From Psammoneis japonica (lineage: Eukaryota): a stretch of 64,000 nucleotides of DNA. Numbering within the stretch: the stretch's first letter is position 1; each line of letters opens with the position of its first letter. The stretch is taken from contig QPGO01000010.1 of the NCBI GenBank assembly GCA_008632985.1, positions 186,001 through 250,000 of the forward strand, in the 5' to 3' direction. Positions 1-11,869 of the stretch are shown one piece after another. The notes below the pieces were generated by a model. That model had not been told where the DNA came from and did no database searches. It was given only the letters and a program-made list of their open reading frames with translations. The position numbers and the translations under genes were made by a program.

Positions 1-949
1 GCGAACCAAGAGGTGACGTGGTTCCGAGACCCTGTCAAGCCTTCAGTTTCGTGACGATTTCGCTTTGCTATCTTCGGGACATCGTCATCCAATACTTTTT
101 GGTTCGCCAAACCAACCGAATCTGTTTGAAAGTGTCCCAACTATGAATGTCGGTCGCGAGTGCATGAATACATAGAAAAGTGGCGACTACCGCTTCGACC
201 ATTGGTGTGCTTCTGAGCTGCAGCCATTTCACATGGTAGCCTCGTCCTGTTCCTCCTGTGCTGCTCCCCGTCAACTACCGCCACCACCGGGACCAAAGAA
301 AATGGCAGACGAGCGACTGGCCGCTTGGACATCTGAGATAACTCGTCTTGAGCAACAGTTGACCCAAGCCAAAGAAACTGGGAAGGAAGCAAGTCGAAGG
401 AATTCTCGGTGACGGCATTGGATTTACCGCACAGGAGGCCAAGATCGAGCGTCTTCGAAACAAAGCGAAACAAGAACTCAAAGCAGGTCGCGGTGTGCAC
501 CACACACAAGATACCGTAAGTTTGTCGAACTGAACTTGGTTCTTTTGTATGCTTTCAAAACCTTGCGGAACTCTTGTTGATTGTGTGGCCGTCCTCTTTT
601 CGCGTTGAGTACACAGGACGCTCGTTGAGCAACCAGCTCCCTTTCCCCAGCCCTCAACGGTTGTGCGCAAAGAAGCTACTCCCCTTCATGAAACTCCGCG
701 GTTGCGTGATCCTATTGATAATGCGGCTGTGGCGTGACTTCGGGCTGACAAACCCCTCCGTCGCATATGGCTGTTTTCATCAGTCGCCGCCCCGTCAACT
801 GCCGCGCTCAATTCCAAACTTCGCCTCGGACCGGTTTGCCTCTGCCCCTCACCCTGATCTGGAGTGGTCCGCGGCTACGGCAAAAGTAGTCGTTGAGACA
901 GCACACAGACGATCAACACCTGCTAGTGAGACGGAACATTGTTGATATA

Positions 950-1851
950 TCCCCGACAATCCCAGAGTGGTCGATTGTGACCCCCAAACGAAAAGGATCT
1001 TGATGCATGTGAAGGGTCTGTGAAGAAGGGAAGGCAGGAGTATGAAGACCAATAGCATGGGTCGCGCGACTCTGGGTATGTGTAAAGGGGGGGGCATCTG
1101 TGTAAATGCTGCAGTTTGAAGCTTTGGTAGGGGAGAACGTCAACTTTGAAGCTCCAAAAGGAAAAGAAAACGACTCGCCAGTCTCAGCAGCAATCGACGC
1201 ATGCTCCCAAGAATGTCTAAATCACCGGGATGGACGGCTATTCCGCATTGAATTGGCCGATTCGAACCTGTCGTATTTATAGTTTTAGTAGAGTGAATGA
1301 TGTATGCAAAAGAGCAGCAAAATAACAGAACCTCTCTGGCACAATCGCCAGAGCCAGCTAGTGTACTACCTTATTTTCTTAATCTCTGCTTACACAGAAT
1401 CCCCGACAGTCCCAGAGCGGTTGATTTTGACCCCCGAACGAAAAGGATCTTGATGCATGTGAAAGTTCTGTAGTGAGAAAGGGAAGGCAGGAGTACGAAG
1501 ACCAATAGCAGTGGTCACGCGACTTAAGGTTCTGTGTAAAAGGGGGTGCACTCTCAAAAACAAGCTGCAGTTTGAAGCCTTTGGATGGTAGGAGAGAAAA
1601 TTTTGCAGCTCCAAAAGGAAACGAAAACGAGGGTACTCCTCGCCAGTCGCAGCAGCAGTCGACGCATGGTCCCAAAAATACCTCAAAGCGAAATCACCGG
1701 GATGGAGGGCTATTCCGCATTGAATTCGCCGATTCAAACCTGTCCTATTTGTCGTTTTAGTTGAGTGTATGTATACAAAGTAGCAGCAAAGCAACAGAAC
1801 CTGTCTGACACAACAGCCAGAGCCAGCTCTAGAGTACTACCTTATTTTCTT
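950..1851. repeat. Tandem duplication of a ~450-bp segment (copies ~950-1380 and ~1400-1851)
   Basis: Both copies begin ccccgaca(a/g)tcccagag..gacccc..aacgaaaaggatcttgatgcatgtgaa and end gtactaccttattttctt; diverged, with indels. Confidence 0.9.
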
Positions 1852-1870
1852 TACCTCGATTTATACAGAA

Positions 1871-2636
1871 TCAAGTGTCCTTATCTGGCTTGTGCAATGT
1901 GATACAAAGAACAGTTCCATCATCCACTGGGTCCGATCCTGCAGGCACTAATATCTCACCCATGATTGCAATGTCTTCGTCGTCTGTGGTCATTCCGAAT
2001 GTAAAATCCTATGGTTGTACATTGCAATCAAAGCATGCCATGTGTTAGAGCTTCGGCAATTTGGAAAAGATGTCACGTCAAAGATACGTTTTATCAAGAA
2101 CTTACTGGCGTTTCAATATCGCAGAGAGTATCTTCGTACTTGATGACATCGCCTTCTTGCTTGTACCATTTCACAACGTTTCCTTTTCAAAGGTACAGTC
2201 AAACAAAACGGGAATTAAAAGTCATCTCCATGGCAACACATGTTCTATTCGTGCTTGGACTTTAAACTGTACCTTCACCCTCCCCCATATCTGGCATTCG
2301 AATTTCTATCTTCTCTGTGTATTCTGATGGATCCACTTTTACTTCTTTGTCGTCCTTACTGCTCTCGGCATTCCCGTCTTCGTCATCCTTGTTTCCGAAT
2401 TCAACATTAATAGGCACTTCCTGACCATTCTCTTCTTTGTTTGAATCTGTACTGTCGCCTTCCTTTGCGGAAAACGCGCGAGTAGTAGACGTGAACGCCC
2501 ATACTCGTCCAACATCATGATGCGAGGGTGACGAGAAGAAGGCAAGTGTTTTCCCTGCTTGACTTATGTGTATCTTTCTTGTCCTCGACAAAAGGCTTCC
2601 ACCTTGTTTCAAAGCGTATGTCACTATCCTTGCCAT
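1871..2636 (-). CDS. Mitochondria-targeted protein with a single biotinyl/lipoyl-like domain; exons 2636-2273, 2182-2106, 2008-1871
   Basis: Spliced at GT-AG introns it reads ...KIEIRMPDMGEGEG-NVVKWYKQEGDVIKYEDTLCDIETP-DFTFGMTTDDEDIAIMGEILVPAGSDPVDDGTVLC..., the lipoyl-domain pattern. The N-terminus is Arg/Ser-rich like a presequence. Confidence 0.8.
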
Positions 2637-3144
2637 TGTGTCTCGTTAAACCGCAGACTCTATATCAATGATAGCTACGGTACGTTATCTTCTCTGCCGT
2701 ATCCATCCCATCATTTGCGTGCATGCGAACTTCTCTCGCCTTGTTTTCACCTGACGCCGCGCGCCTCCGCGCATGCTGGCTACCTGTTTGCACAGACGGG
2801 TTCACCTGGCCCAATCGCAGGGTAGAACGGAAACTCTTCAACTTTTATCAGACAAACTATCATAGATTCGGCATTCTTTGGCGGGGGATAGATTCAACTT
2901 CAATGATGACGTCATTGGAAGATTTTCTGCCTCCAACCTCCAACAACATCATCAGTAAGTTGTGTCTTCCGCCAAGATTCCAACTCATCACCCTCTTCTC
3001 CTTCACGTTTACAGTACCTCGTGATTCAGCCACAAAGGATCTTACTTTCGCCGGTCTACAGTTGCACCAAGCTTGTCTCGGATTCGGATTAGCAAGGGAA
3101 AGAAAGAGCAAGAGGAATCTCGAGAGACTCACGAAAAATCAATA

Positions 3145-4347
3145 ATGACGACACCTGGTACATCTCACTTGACAATGTCTCTAGTTTGGATCGCGCTGCT
3201 TGTCGGGACACTCCTACCTGCCAATGCCTTCGTTGCTCCAGGAAGAATATCTCCAGCACGGTCCTTCTCTGTCGGGAAACCCTTATTCTCCATGGTGGAG
3301 GATGATGCTCCTTCTGATTACGATGCTGCCGATTTGGAACCCGAGGAACAATCGGTCGCGGTGGATTTAGACGAAGACGACGAGTCAATTCGTGAAGCCC
3401 TCAAACGAGAGTTGCTGCTCCTATCAAGTGTAACAAATCGCGGAGAATATGCTTCAAAGGATGAGCGTGATATCGTGATTGTGAGTGGAGTTTTCTTGTC
3501 GTGATTCATTGGAGAATGTACTAGTACGCTGTTTGCTGTTTCTCAGTCGTGAATTTTCCTATCGCTCGTGAATACTCTCATTACAGGATCTCATTGCACA
3601 GCTCGAGGTTCGTACTTTATTCGTGTCTTTTTTCTCTTCTGGAGTGTTTCAACAGGCATTTCCATAACGCATGGTGGTTCGCTGCTATTGTTTGTGTAGG
3701 CTTTGAATCCAACAGCCGACCCGGCCAACAATTGTGAGGGTGAATGGGATTTGTGCCTTTGTTCGACTCAGTTCTTTCGGACGAGTCCATTCTTTTTGAC
3801 AATTCGGGCAGCTCTCGGGGAGGAGAATAAGGCTATCGCTGAGAATGGATTCGATATTCACGATCGTGCGACTTCGGCGGGGCGAGTTGGAAGGGTACGC
3901 GAGGTTATTACCAGTGATGGCATCTTGTCGAATCAGGTTGATCTGGAAGTAGGTCTTTTGCCCGGGTTTCCTGTCCAGGTGAAAGGAACGGTTGTGACAA
4001 CAGCGTCCATGAAAGTGACGTCGTCGTCGGAATGGGAATTGAAAATACAAGGAACCAAAGTCAAGGGTTCCAACGTACCTTTATTCAATCAGTTCCTAGA
4101 CGATGCCGCGTTGGAGCTACCCATTGGTGATATCTACGGCACTCTCATGCAGGAAGTACCTATTGTGACTCTCAAGGTGCGTGGTAACTTTCGAAAAGAA
4201 AACTTTGATCTTTGTGAATCGTTCCTCCTGAATTCTGACTCCCTCCGCTCTCTTTGCGTTGCTTCACCGCAGACATTTTATGTTGACGAGGGCATCCGGA
4301 TCACTAGAGACGTAGACAACAACTTCTACGTCTTTTCTCGAGCATAG
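3145..4347 (+). CDS. Plastid lipid-associated protein (PAP/fibrillin); exons 3145-3480, 3587-3607, 3700-4176, 4273-4347
   Basis: Signal peptide followed by ANAFVAP (ASAFAP-like plastid motif); [15 protein letters not shown]...DLIAQLEALNPT...GEWDL...[13 protein letters not shown]...FYVFSRA matches the fibrillin pattern; canonical splice sites. Confidence 0.88.
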
Positions 4348-6448
4348 ACGCATCGCGATTTGGAAAGGCTTTGTGTTTGTTTCCAATGTAACAATTGCAA
4401 CGGATTGTCTCTTCGGAGAGGTATTTAGCAAACGAGCGACTGCCAAGATTTGTGTTGAAAGCTACACTTTCAATCAACGAGTAATTGATTGTTGCCACAT
4501 CTGTCATTTTCCAATACTTCTACTTTCTATTTGAATAGGTAGTTCTATGTAATCATTAAAGTGGGGCTTGTGTGACACACGCCTCGGCTGCCTTTCGTAC
4601 ACTTTACTGGATGCCCAGTCCAGGCAGATGTGTCATGCACAACAACAAGCAGAGATGATCTACTAGCAAGTCAGGTATCTTTCCCACACCTGCACTGACT
4701 AAAGTTGGCGGCAAATCTGGTGAATGACTCGAAAAGTCCATTTTTACTGAACCAGCACCACCTATGACGAGATTTCGGAATGTGGGGAGAATGAAAGAGG
4801 TTGGCCGCCGGAGGTGGCCCAGAAGAATAAACTGAAATGGAGAAAAGGAAAAGAGAGAGAGAGGGAAAAGCAGGAAAGATGAGAAAAAGAGAAGGTGTTG
4901 TCAGGCCATCAACTTGTGGTCCTTGGCTTGGCTTGTCTGCAATGTAGCTTGTCAGTGACTTGAGGTGCTGTGGCTTTGTGCTTGACAGCAGAGCTCCCAC
5001 AGCATGAAACCATGCAGTTGTGTCAGCAAGGGACAGCTTGACAATGACATCTTTCTTTGTGAGAGTGTTTTGCTGCATGCCTGTCATGGCTTCTTGGAAG
5101 GCTTTTGTCCAAGCCTTGCTCCACCAGCTGGGCAGCTGCTGTGTGGATCTGCACCTTTTTCATTCTCCAAAAAATTGGTGCATGTCTTGACAGGCTTGGC
5201 TCCATTGCACTCATGCAATTCTCTTGAGTCTCTGTCTGAGTCAGAAGACATGGTGTCATCCTCTTCAAAAGCTCTTCACAAATCTCCTCAGTGGCAAGTG
5301 CTTCCCCACCCTTGCCAACAGCAGTGTCTCTCTCAACAAATTCAGAGCATCTCTCCCAAAGCATCAGGTGTGGATGCTGTGCCCAACTTGTCACAAAGTC
5401 ATGAGAGATTTCGCAAGATCCACACCATCGCCAGCTGCAGGGGGGGCTCCAGCACAGCTGTGGCTGCAGCTTCAAATGGCAGACAAGAGCCCTCAAGATG
5501 GGAGCTCTGTGGTTGTGTCCAGCTGTGGTTTGGGTGTGGACTTCTTCTTCCAGCCTGCCTCATTGTGAAATTTTCTGCAGTGCCAAGGAAAGGGGGCTTT
5601 GACACCTCATGACTCTTTGTCCCATTCTTGCCAGAGCATGTGCAATGGAGTTTTTCATTTCATCAGGAGAGGACCCCTGCAAAGCTCCTGAGTTCCTGCT
5701 GGGACCTCAAATTTACCTGCAGCATTGTTCATTCCCACTGCACTCCACTTCAAATTTTTGGTGCAAGCACCCAGGGCAATGGTCAGCTGAGCAAGACCTG
5801 ACTGTCTGCAGCACTTCTCAGCTCACATCTCTGGCCTTCTGACATGTCCTTCAAAGCACCCTGAGAGAAGTGCTTGTGGATCTGCTGGCCCAATTTGCCT
5901 CTGAGGATCATCTCTTTTTGATTTCCACATGCATTTCCTCCACATTGTTGACTTGTGCAAGTGTGTCAGTTGCTTGTGCCGATGGAACAGTGAAGAAGGG
6001 TCCAAAGTTGACGCCATTGCATGCCCTGAGCTTCGCTTCTTCTCACGTCTTCTGAATCTTGTCAATCAACGCATGTTTTGTTTAATCTGTTGAGAGCAAC
6101 TTGCACTCAAATGATTGAACAAAACATTGTTCATGTCTTTTTCAAGATTCAATTTGCATGTGAGAGTGTCAATTGACGTCATTTGTTGACTCACACACAG
6201 CCACAAATTGCTCATCAGAAAACTGAACTCTCATCTTGTGGCACAATTTGGCAATCAACAACTTGGTCCATCCACAGTTTCCAATGCATGGGCACATGCA
6301 TGAGACCTTTCCGCATGCACCCATGACAACACATTTGAAAATCATTGTGTTTTAACTGTCGAAAACTGCGCCGTAAGTTTGGGCTGCACATTTCCTGCAA
6401 AAAGGGGCATTTTTTAGCACGCACACACCCAAGAAGTCTGGAGCAAGT

Positions 6449-7465
6449 CTTGCCAAAGTTGACAAACTCACCAAAGTTGACAAACTTGCCAAAGTCAACA
6501 AACTTGCCAAAGTCAACAAACTTGCCAAAGTCAACAAACTTGCCAAAGTCAGCAAACTTGCCAAAGTCAACAAACTCGCCAAAGTTGACAAACTTGCCAA
6601 AAGTCAACAAACTTGCCAAAAGTCAAAAAAGGTCACAAACTTGCCAAAATTGACAAACTTGCCAAAGTCAACAAAGTTGACAAACTCGCCAAAGTCAACA
6701 AACTTGCTGCAAAGTTGACAAAGTTGCCAAAGTCAACAAAAGTTGACAAACTCCCCAAAGTTGACAAGCTTGACAAAGTCGCCAAACTTGACAAAGTCGC
6801 AAAAGTTGAAGAACTTGCCAGAGTTGACAAAGTCACCAAAGTTGACAAAGTTGACAAACTCACCAAAGTTGGAGCAAAGCCAGCAATTTCACCAAGGTCG
6901 CCCAAGTTGACAAAGTCACCAAACTTGCCAAACTTTAAAAAGTTGCCAAAGTCAAGAAAAGTGACAAAGTTGGCAAAGTTGGCAAAGTTGACAAAGTCAC
7001 CAAACTCGCCAAACTTGCAAGAGTTGCCAAAGCCAGCAAAGTTGACAGGTGTGACGAAGCCCCCAAAGCCAGCAAAGCCAACAATGTTGCCAAAGCTGAC
7101 AAAGCTGCCAAAGTCAAGAATGTTGACCAAGTCAGCAAAGTTGACAAAGTTGCCAAACTTGCAAAAGTTGCCAAAGTCAGCAAAGATCACAAAGCTGCCA
7201 AACTTGGCAAGAGTTGACAAAGTCACCAAAGTCAGCAAAGTTGACAAAGTCAACAAAGTCACCAAACTTGCCAAACTTGCAAAAGTCCCTAAAGTCAGCA
7301 AAGTTGACAAAGTTGCCAAACTTGCAAAAGTTGACAAAGCCACCAAACTTGACAAGCATTGACAAGAAAGTCTCCAAACTTGACAAGAGTTGACAAAATC
7401 ACCAAAGTCAGCAAGGTTGCCAAAGTCACCACAAACTGAGCAAAATCAACAAACTTGACAAAGTC
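6449..7465. repeat. ~1-kb degenerate tandem array of 9-bp units (ttgccaaag/ttgacaaag/tcaacaaac/tcaccaaag), locally 18-bp period
   Basis: Directly visible, e.g. (aagtcaacaaacttgcca)n at ~6490-6560; gives KVDK/LTLAS low-complexity translations in several frames. Confidence 0.95.
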
Positions 7466-7967
7466 ATGTCTGCAAAATGTTTTCTCTCTCAAGCATGTGA
7501 AAAGCACTTTGTGTTGTGTTGCAACAGTGCACCCCCAAGAAACTTTTTCTGCACCTGATTTTTGTGATGCGGGGCATCGTGAGGTGTTTTATGTGGGTTG
7601 TTTGCACTTGTGGATTGGAGCATCAGCATCAAATGTTCTGTCATTTTGCATCAACAGCAACGGTGTTCTTCAATGGTTTGTGATGTTGCTTGACTTGCAG
7701 CTGGGCTTTGCACCCAAATGCCCCAAATGTTTGGCTTGATTTCAGCATTTTTGTTGTTGTTTGTTGTGTTGTGAGCACAATTGTTTGGTGCTGACACACA
7801 GTGTTGCCACCAACAAATGATGTCATTTGCACTCATCTCAACATTGCTGCTAATTCTGGCTGCCACGTGATTTCAGCGCTGCCTTGTTTTTCTCTTTTTT
7901 GTGTTGCCTTGTGTTGCCCACATTGTCCTGCCTTGTTTGTGCTGTCCTGTGCCCTTCCATTTGCATG

Positions 7968-8446
7968 TCAGCTCAGAACTTTGTGCCTCATGATCTTTCC
8001 TCTTGTTGCAGCATGCTGTTTTGAGCACGTGATTTTTTCAAATCTTCAATTTGTGTCACTCGCCGGACCTGTTTTCAGTCTCTCACCTGCCTGTGTCTTT
8101 GCAGCAGCAGGTGTTTTCACCATCAGGGACAAATTTGTTTGAGCGTTTTGGCTTTTTTGAGTCATGTGCTCTTTTCTCAATAAAAAAAGAGTTTGTCAAG
8201 TGATGGTCATTCACTGTTGCACTGTCCCACATCCTTCCATGTTTGCACCACAGCTGAGAACTTTGTGTCTCACCATCTTCCCTCTTGTTGCAGCGCACTG
8301 TTTTTTTTTTCACTGTTTTTCAAATCTTCAACTTGTGTCACTCACCAGACTTTTTTTGTGCCTCACCTGCCCATGTCTTTGCAGTGGCAGGTGTTTTCAC
8401 CTTCAGGGACAAATTTGCACAAAAATTGTGTGCTCTTTTCTCAACT
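7968..8446. repeat. Direct repeat, ~200-bp copies at ~7968-8180 and ~8250-8446
   Basis: Shared cagct.agaactttgtg...cctcttgttgcagc...ttttcaaatcttcaa.ttgtgtcactc...caggtgttttcacc.tcagggacaaatttg. Confidence 0.85.
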
Positions 8447-11400
8447 GAAAAGGGAGTTGCTTGCAGTTGTGCTGTTGATGTGCTTTCATCATCCCAGGTG
8501 GGTCAGGGGCCCACGATGTGTTCCGGCCCCAGCAGGTGATGCACAAAACAACAGCCCCTTTTGATCATGATTTAAATGAGCTTTGTGCATTGAGGCTGTT
8601 CACAAAAATGCTTGTGCATTCTGGCTTTTGTGTTTGACATGAGTGCAAACATTCAAACATTTTTTCAATGGCACCCAAGTCTTCATGGAGCACATGTCAT
8701 AAAATGTTTCTGTGGAAACAATGCTGACTGTGTGCCAGCATTCATGTTGCAGAAGTTTTTGTGTGAGCAGACTGCTGCTGTGAAATGTGCTCCAAATTTT
8801 TTCATGTTAACCTTCAAACAGTGATGGCACATTGATCCTCAAAAATTTTGGCAAAAATCATCCATTCTGTTGCAACTCATTCACCACAATGAAAAACATT
8901 GGCCACACAAAAATGACAATGTTGCAACACTGACATGAATCTTGTTGGTGTTGCCAAACATGAAAATTTGGTCAAACCTGTGCTTTTTGTGGTGAAAGCT
9001 TGTTCGCAAGTCAGAGGCTGCATGAAAATTGCACAAATGTCTTTTTTCTGCATGCTTTGGATCACGTGTGGCTGGAACATTGCACCAAGGTTGGACAATG
9101 TGTCCATCTGTCTTCTGCTGCTGTGCAAACTGCCACCCAAATGATGTCACACCCAGCGATGCTGACAATTTGTTCTTTTGAAGGTGGGATTTGCCAAAAA
9201 CAACAAAGATGCTCTTGATTTTTTTGTTGCCATCTGGGATTTGTCCCAAGGTTGCATTTCCACCCACTTGCAGCAAATCACACAACAATGAGGTGTTTGT
9301 TGTGCACCCTGTGCACAAACCTTTCAGCGCAACAAGCAACTTTTCAATGCATGCCAAAGCTTGGCTCAATCAAGAAGAACAGACACTTTTGTCATGAGCT
9401 TCTCATCCTGCTCCTTGCCATCATCAGCAAGAATGGACTTTTTTGTTGCAAGCTTTGCCCTGCTGCAGCTGCTGCTGCTGCAAGCTCCCAGCAAAAAAAG
9501 AGTGGCCACACCTGCTTTTTTTAAACTCTGCTCCGTGCAAGCCCCCAGGGAGGAGCAAGGGCTTTTTGTTGCAAGCGGTTGCCAGCATCAGCCAGCAACC
9601 TCCAGCTGCGACCCAGGCCATGCATGTGTCAGCAAACAGCCTTGTTCTGAGCTCCACCAGCTTTTGGTGTAGAGGCAGTGGTGGCACAGTGCATGGAGCC
9701 TGTGTGCGGGGTTGCTTCTTGTGGCACTGGGCTGGTGTCAAGAGGAGGCAGGAGGCACAGGCTGCTGACCATCTTGCTTGTCATGCGGTGTCATCCACAG
9801 TTGTGAGCTGCAAGAGCTTTGGTGATGCTGTTCCCACAATGGCTTGTTGTCTGCTTGTGTGCACCCCCTTTCCAATGTGGCAGCAGGCAGAGAACAAAAA
9901 AGAAAAGTGTTTTGCAGCATGTGGGGGTTGGCAGCACCAAGAGCACAGCCAAACTGTTTTGTCCACTCCTTGCCAGTTTTGAAAAGAACAAGAGAATCCT
10001 CCTGAAATCTGCAAGGACTGTCTTTGTTGCTGCACCTTGCTGCAACTTCACAAGGTGCTGCAAGATGTGACTGGACAAGCTGCTCTCTGCTGCATGAGAG
10101 ATCACCCCTGCAAAGTGGTTGGTCGCATTTTCACCATTGTGCTCTGTGCACTCCTGATCAGCTGGATGAAAATTTCAAAAGAACTCACACATCTGAACTT
10201 GCTCTCATTTTTCATTTTTTTGCATTTGTGCATCAATGTGCTTCGTTCACTTCATTGCCTCTTTGCCTTTCCATTGGCAGCTGGCACACACCACACCTCC
10301 CCCAGTCCCCCTGGAAAGAGTGCCACATCTTGTCACAAAGGTCAGCGTGAGTCATTTTTTCACAAATCTGGTTGTGTGCCAGAGACCAAAGAAGTTTTGT
10401 CAGCATGGCAAAGCCAGATGCACAGTGCATGGGTTCCTGGCAAATGAGAAACACGTCCAGAGTCCAGAGGCAATGGTTTTGTGTGCAGCTGAAAGGCCTC
10501 TTGAAAATTGTGACAGCAAAGCATTCTGGCACCAGGAGGAACCAGGAGCAATCAAATTGGCAGCAGAGCTGCTCTTGGCATGACAGAAAAACAGGCTTGC
10601 AGTTGATTGTTCAGGCAAAAAAGAGGAGAGTTGGTGGCACATTGCCCAAGAACTCTTGTTTCTCTTGTCACATGCTTTTGTGGTGCAAGACTTTCCTCTC
10701 ATTGGCTCTGCACACAATGCTTTCTTTGGCCACTGGCAAGGCCACAAATGTCATGTGTTCTTTTGACAGCTCAGATGTTCAAATTGTTGAGACCAACAGC
10801 CAAACAGATGGTTCACAAAGCCTGGCATGCTGAGTGTGAAACCACATGCTGCAATCTGCACCACCATGATGTTGTGGTCTCTGTTGCCTTCTGTTTTCCA
10901 TCTGTGGTTGTTCTTGCCAGACCCAGCAGTGAGGCAGAGTGAATGCTTCAACAGAACAAGCAAGCTGCAGAGCAAGATTTGGAAGTTGTCATTGTGATCT
11001 GCACTGGCTCAGGAAAACAATGTTGTCTCCAAGGGAGAGCTTTCAGTGGTGTGGTGGCTTCTCATGAGCTTGCTCAAAATTCACATGTCGTTGTGGGCTG
11101 GAACAATGTGTGCTGCACCCGCCATGATCTGGCACTCTCGCAGGCGGGCTTTTTTCAGGCAAACAAGGGCTCACTCAGTCATTGCTCTGCCACAGAGAAT
11201 GTGACATTTACTTTGAAAGTGTGGTGCCACCCTGATTGTCAAGAAAATCTGTGTCCCAGATCATTGTTCAGGGCAGGTGCAGATTTGCACAGTTTCTGCA
11301 GAAGTGGGTGCGCAGATTGTCAAAAAGCACAGATTTTCATCAATCATGCCAAACCCAGCATTGGGTTTTGTCAGATTTGAAGAACCCCTCCCCAGGTGGG

Positions 11401-11869
11401 CTGGAGCATTCTGCGTGCATCCTCCTGTGCACATTTGCACTGGGGCACAGATTCCAGAGATTTCCGTTCAGATTCAGAGCAGGTGGTGCAGATTTTTTCA
11501 AGCCCCCCCAAAACAGGTGCAGATTCTCATTTTCGCACTGATTTTCTGTGACAATCAGGGTGCAAGCCTCTTGGCTCAGGCACTCACGGAAGAACAGGGC
11601 CTCTGTCATGTCAGCTGCCAGCTGCACAGAGCTGCTAGAGAGTAGAGCGACAGAGGGCAAGGTCACAAATCTTCGAGAAGATTGCGATCATTCTTCCGCG
11701 CGCCATCGAGCTCTCGCTCCGGTCAAAACGTGCGCGCCATTTTCCACCGTCGGGTCATTCGCTTGATTTCGTTTCGCTTCGACGCATTCCTCATGCTTGC
11801 TGTCATATCACCGGTGCAGCGCTGACATTGTTGCTCTTGCTTTGCCCGCTCTTGTCTCTGCTTCAAAGT

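Larger units (their letters stand above)
4900..11640. other. Hypermutated block 1: CpG- and TpA-depleted, TpG/CpA-rich, repeat/TE-derived DNA
   Basis: By eye, 5041-5340 (300 nt) contains no TA and no CG. ORF translations are Cys/His-rich and almost Tyr-free. Normal composition returns abruptly at ~11640. Confidence 0.9.

Noticed and set aside
1..950. Possible gene fragment (MADERLAAWTSEITRLEQQL... with a GTAAGT donor near 516)
   Set aside because: Frameshift and stops, no recognisable family; cannot be supported as a CDS.
6613..7362. 249-aa Lys-rich ORF and its antisense ORF
   Set aside because: Translations of the 9-bp repeat; no independent sign of coding.
11240..11460. Imperfect inverted repeats near the right end of block 1 (aatctgtgtcccag / ctggggcacagatt)
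   Set aside because: Short and degenerate, no TSD; insufficient to call an element end.
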